From Candidatus Thorarchaeota archaeon (lineage in GTDB: Archaea; Asgardarchaeota; Thorarchaeia; Thorarchaeales; Thorarchaeaceae): a stretch of 5,822 bases of DNA. Shown in pieces: positions 4,283-5,822 of the stretch (position 1 is its first letter; every line of letters starts with the position of its first letter). The position numbers and the translations under genes were made by a program. The stretch is from positions 1 through 5,822 of the forward strand of contig PRDJ01000007.1 in NCBI GenBank assembly GCA_003345555.1, in the 5' to 3' direction. The notes below the pieces were generated by a model, which had not been told where the DNA came from, did not search any database, and saw only the letters and a list, made by a program, of their open reading frames with translations.

Positions 4283-5581
4283 ATGACTGAACCTGGACAG
4301 AAGCCAGAATTCCTCAGACTCCTCTTCACCACTCCACTGGGTACTACTCGCTCTGTTGAAGTCCGCTATGATACGCTAGACGAAGTAGCCAGAGATGGAG
4401 TGTACTTTGATGGTTCATCGATTCCGGGATATGCTGATGTCAACTCAAGTGACTTGCAGTTGCGTCCAGCTACAGGCACACCCTTGACTGAGCCATGGGA
4501 TACAAGGGCAGCAATTCAACTCTGCAGTGTATACGAAGCCACAGGGGAACCACACCCGTGTGATCCCAGAGAGGTCCTGAGAAAGGTACTAGACGAAGGC
4601 TCCAAGCGAGGACTGTATCTGAAGGCAGGTCCTGAAATCGAGTTCTTCTTGGTTATCGTGTCACAAGACCGTCGCATTTCTCCAGCAGACCAAGGGGGAT
4701 ACTATGCTACCCGACCGGCAGACGGTGGACTTGAGCTCAGGAGGGAGATGATGACGTCTCTCACCGGATTGGGGATTCCCACGACTTCGCATCATCACGA
4801 GGTCGCATCGGGTCAGCACGAGATTGGTCTTGCCTTTGACTCGGCAATGGAGATAGCAGACCGCGTTCTCCTAGCAAGACTTGCGATTGCAGAAATTGCT
4901 TACTCGAAGGGCTGCATGGCGACATTCATGCCCAAGCCATTTGCGGAGAGAAACGGCAGCGGCATGCATATACATCAGAGTCTCTGGGACGGCAAAGGGA
5001 CAAACCTGTTCGCCAATGAATTACCGGGCACGGTCTCGGAAATGGCTCACCACTATGTCGCGGGTATAATGAAACACGCACCAGCTTTGGCAGCTATTGT
5101 CGCGCCCACGGTGAACTCATTCAAGAGACTAAGGCCAGGGTTTGAAGCGCCAACGCGCATCGCATGGGGACCGAGAAACAGGACGACAATGATCAGAGTC
5201 CCAGAGTTCGACGGTTCTGATGAAAAGGCAAGGATTGAATTCAGATGTCCAGATCCTTCATGTAGTCCACACCTTGCTCTTGCGGCGGTCATGGCGGCCG
5301 GTCTTGATGGAATATCTCACGGGCTTGAGCCACCAGAACCCACATGCGAAGACCTGTACCATACTGAGGACAAGACGCCTTCTCTTCCGGAGTCTCTGAT
5401 TCAAGCGCTGCATTATCTGGAAGAAGATGACACCCTAAAGCAAGCGTTGGGAGAGAGAATCGTAGGAAGCATCATCAAGTCTCGCACTGCAGAGTGGTAC
5501 GAGTATCTGAAGACTGCGGGAAAGTCGGGCGTTGTCGACATAACAGACTGGGAGATCGATAAGTACCTGCGAGCTAACTAG
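4283..5581 (+). CDS. glnA: Glutamine synthetase type I (GSI-alpha-like), 432 aa
   Basis: FDGSS (D43), GPEIEFF (E118/E120), DQGGYY, HHHEVASGQHEI (E173/E180), FMPKPF..RNGSGMHIHQSL, NSFKRL.PGFEAP (R282, flap E288), WGPRNRTTMIRVP, RIEFRCPDP and C-terminal TDWEIDKYL. The canonical metal, glutamate and ammonium-site residues checked are present. Confidence 0.93.
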   Translation: MTEPGQKPEFLRLLFTTPLGTTRSVEVRYDTLDEVARDGVYFDGSSIPGYADVNSSDLQLRPATGTPLTEPWDTRAAIQLCSVYEATGEPHPCDPREVLRKVLDEGSKRGLYLKAGPEIEFFLVIVSQDRRISPADQGGYYATRPADGGLELRREMMTSLTGLGIPTTSHHHEVASGQHEIGLAFDSAMEIADRVLLARLAIAEIAYSKGCMATFMPKPFAERNGSGMHIHQSLWDGKGTNLFANELPGTVSEMAHHYVAGIMKHAPALAAIVAPTVNSFKRLRPGFEAPTRIAWGPRNRTTMIRVPEFDGSDEKARIEFRCPDPSCSPHLALAAVMAAGLDGISHGLEPPEPTCEDLYHTEDKTPSLPESLIQALHYLEEDDTLKQALGERIVGSIIKSRTAEWYEYLKTAGKSGVVDITDWEIDKYLRAN

Positions 5582-5695
5582 GACTTGATCCGGTCCAGTT
5601 CCGACTCGCCTCCGACAATCAGGGCAGATAGGTAAAGGCTCAAGTGCATGGCAGCCTACTCACACTTCGCAAGGAAGATGGCCGTGGGAGATGTG

Positions 5696-5822
5696 ATGGC
5701 TACGAAACTCAGACCAGTCGATTCATTAGAGATTACATTCTTGGTTGACAATGTTGTTGAACTCGGGCCCGACAATTCGGCATCGGAAGTGCGGAAGTCC
5801 TGGCAGTGGATTAAGGAAAAGA
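5696..5822 (+). CDS. Probable metallo-beta-lactamase-fold protein of the COG1237 type (annotated 7,8-dihydropterin-6-yl-methyl-4-(beta-D-ribofuranosyl)aminobenzene 5'-phosphate synthase-like); N-terminus only, 3'-truncated
   Basis: Not in the ORF track. ATG at 5696 follows GGGAG (5686-5690) and the frame is open to the window end: MATKLRPVDSLEITFLVDNVVELGPDNSASEVRKSWQWIKEK. The L.PVD.LEIT.LVDN pattern is the characteristic first strand of COG1237 proteins. The frame is also open from ATG 5648. The HxHxDH motif lies outside the window, so the call is unconfirmed. Confidence 0.6.
   Translation, partial: MATKLRPVDSLEITFLVDNVVELGPDNSASEVRKSWQWIKEK

Noticed and set aside
4881-5292. ORFs 4881-5069 (+) and 5053-5292 (-); likewise 3-203 (-) at the left edge
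   Set aside because: Nested within glnA or the Fe-S gene, with no independent evidence.
4283-5581. GlnA-like gamma-glutamyl-polyamine/amine ligase (PuuA or GlnA3 type) rather than true GS
   Set aside because: The ammonium-site Asp (FDGSS), flap Glu (GFEAP) and DxGGYY Tyr are all retained, which favours genuine GS. Not excluded without an assay.
1-5822. CRISPR array, tRNA/rRNA, IS element, integrase or phage genes
   Set aside because: No regularly spaced repeats, cloverleaf-compatible segment, terminal inverted repeats or transposase/integrase motifs were seen by eye.

Overview
Gene-dense prokaryotic chromosomal window, most likely archaeal. This is inferred from the thiolase+DUF35 pair, the GSI-alpha-type glnA beside an Lrp, and BRE/TATA-like and GGAG(G) motifs; an Asgard/Thorarchaeota-like origin is a guess only. 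Left to right: the 3' end of a NapH/MauN-like 2x[4Fe-4S] protein (+); a 333-bp convergent intergenic region; a two-gene minus-strand operon encoding an SCP2/archaeal-type thiolase-fold protein and a DUF35 (Zn-ribbon/OB-fold) partner; a TcmP/LCM-type SAM methyltransferase (+); an Lrp/AsnC regulator (-) divergent from type I glutamine synthetase glnA (+); and the 5' start of a probable COG1237-type metallo-beta-lactamase-fold protein (+). The most interesting signal is the thiolase/DUF35 pair. The thiolase-fold protein lacks both catalytic cysteines (ENGGNTG for ENACASG; HDAF for HDCF) and has SRG for the conserved SDG. Its DUF35 partner has only three Zn-ribbon cysteines and a long N-terminal extension. 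Together these suggest a repurposed two-subunit acyl-CoA enzyme rather than a thiolase. The second signal is a pair of near-identical palindromes, GAAATWCTTTC, 41 bp apart at the lrp/glnA divergent promoter. No RNA genes, CRISPR arrays or mobile elements were seen.
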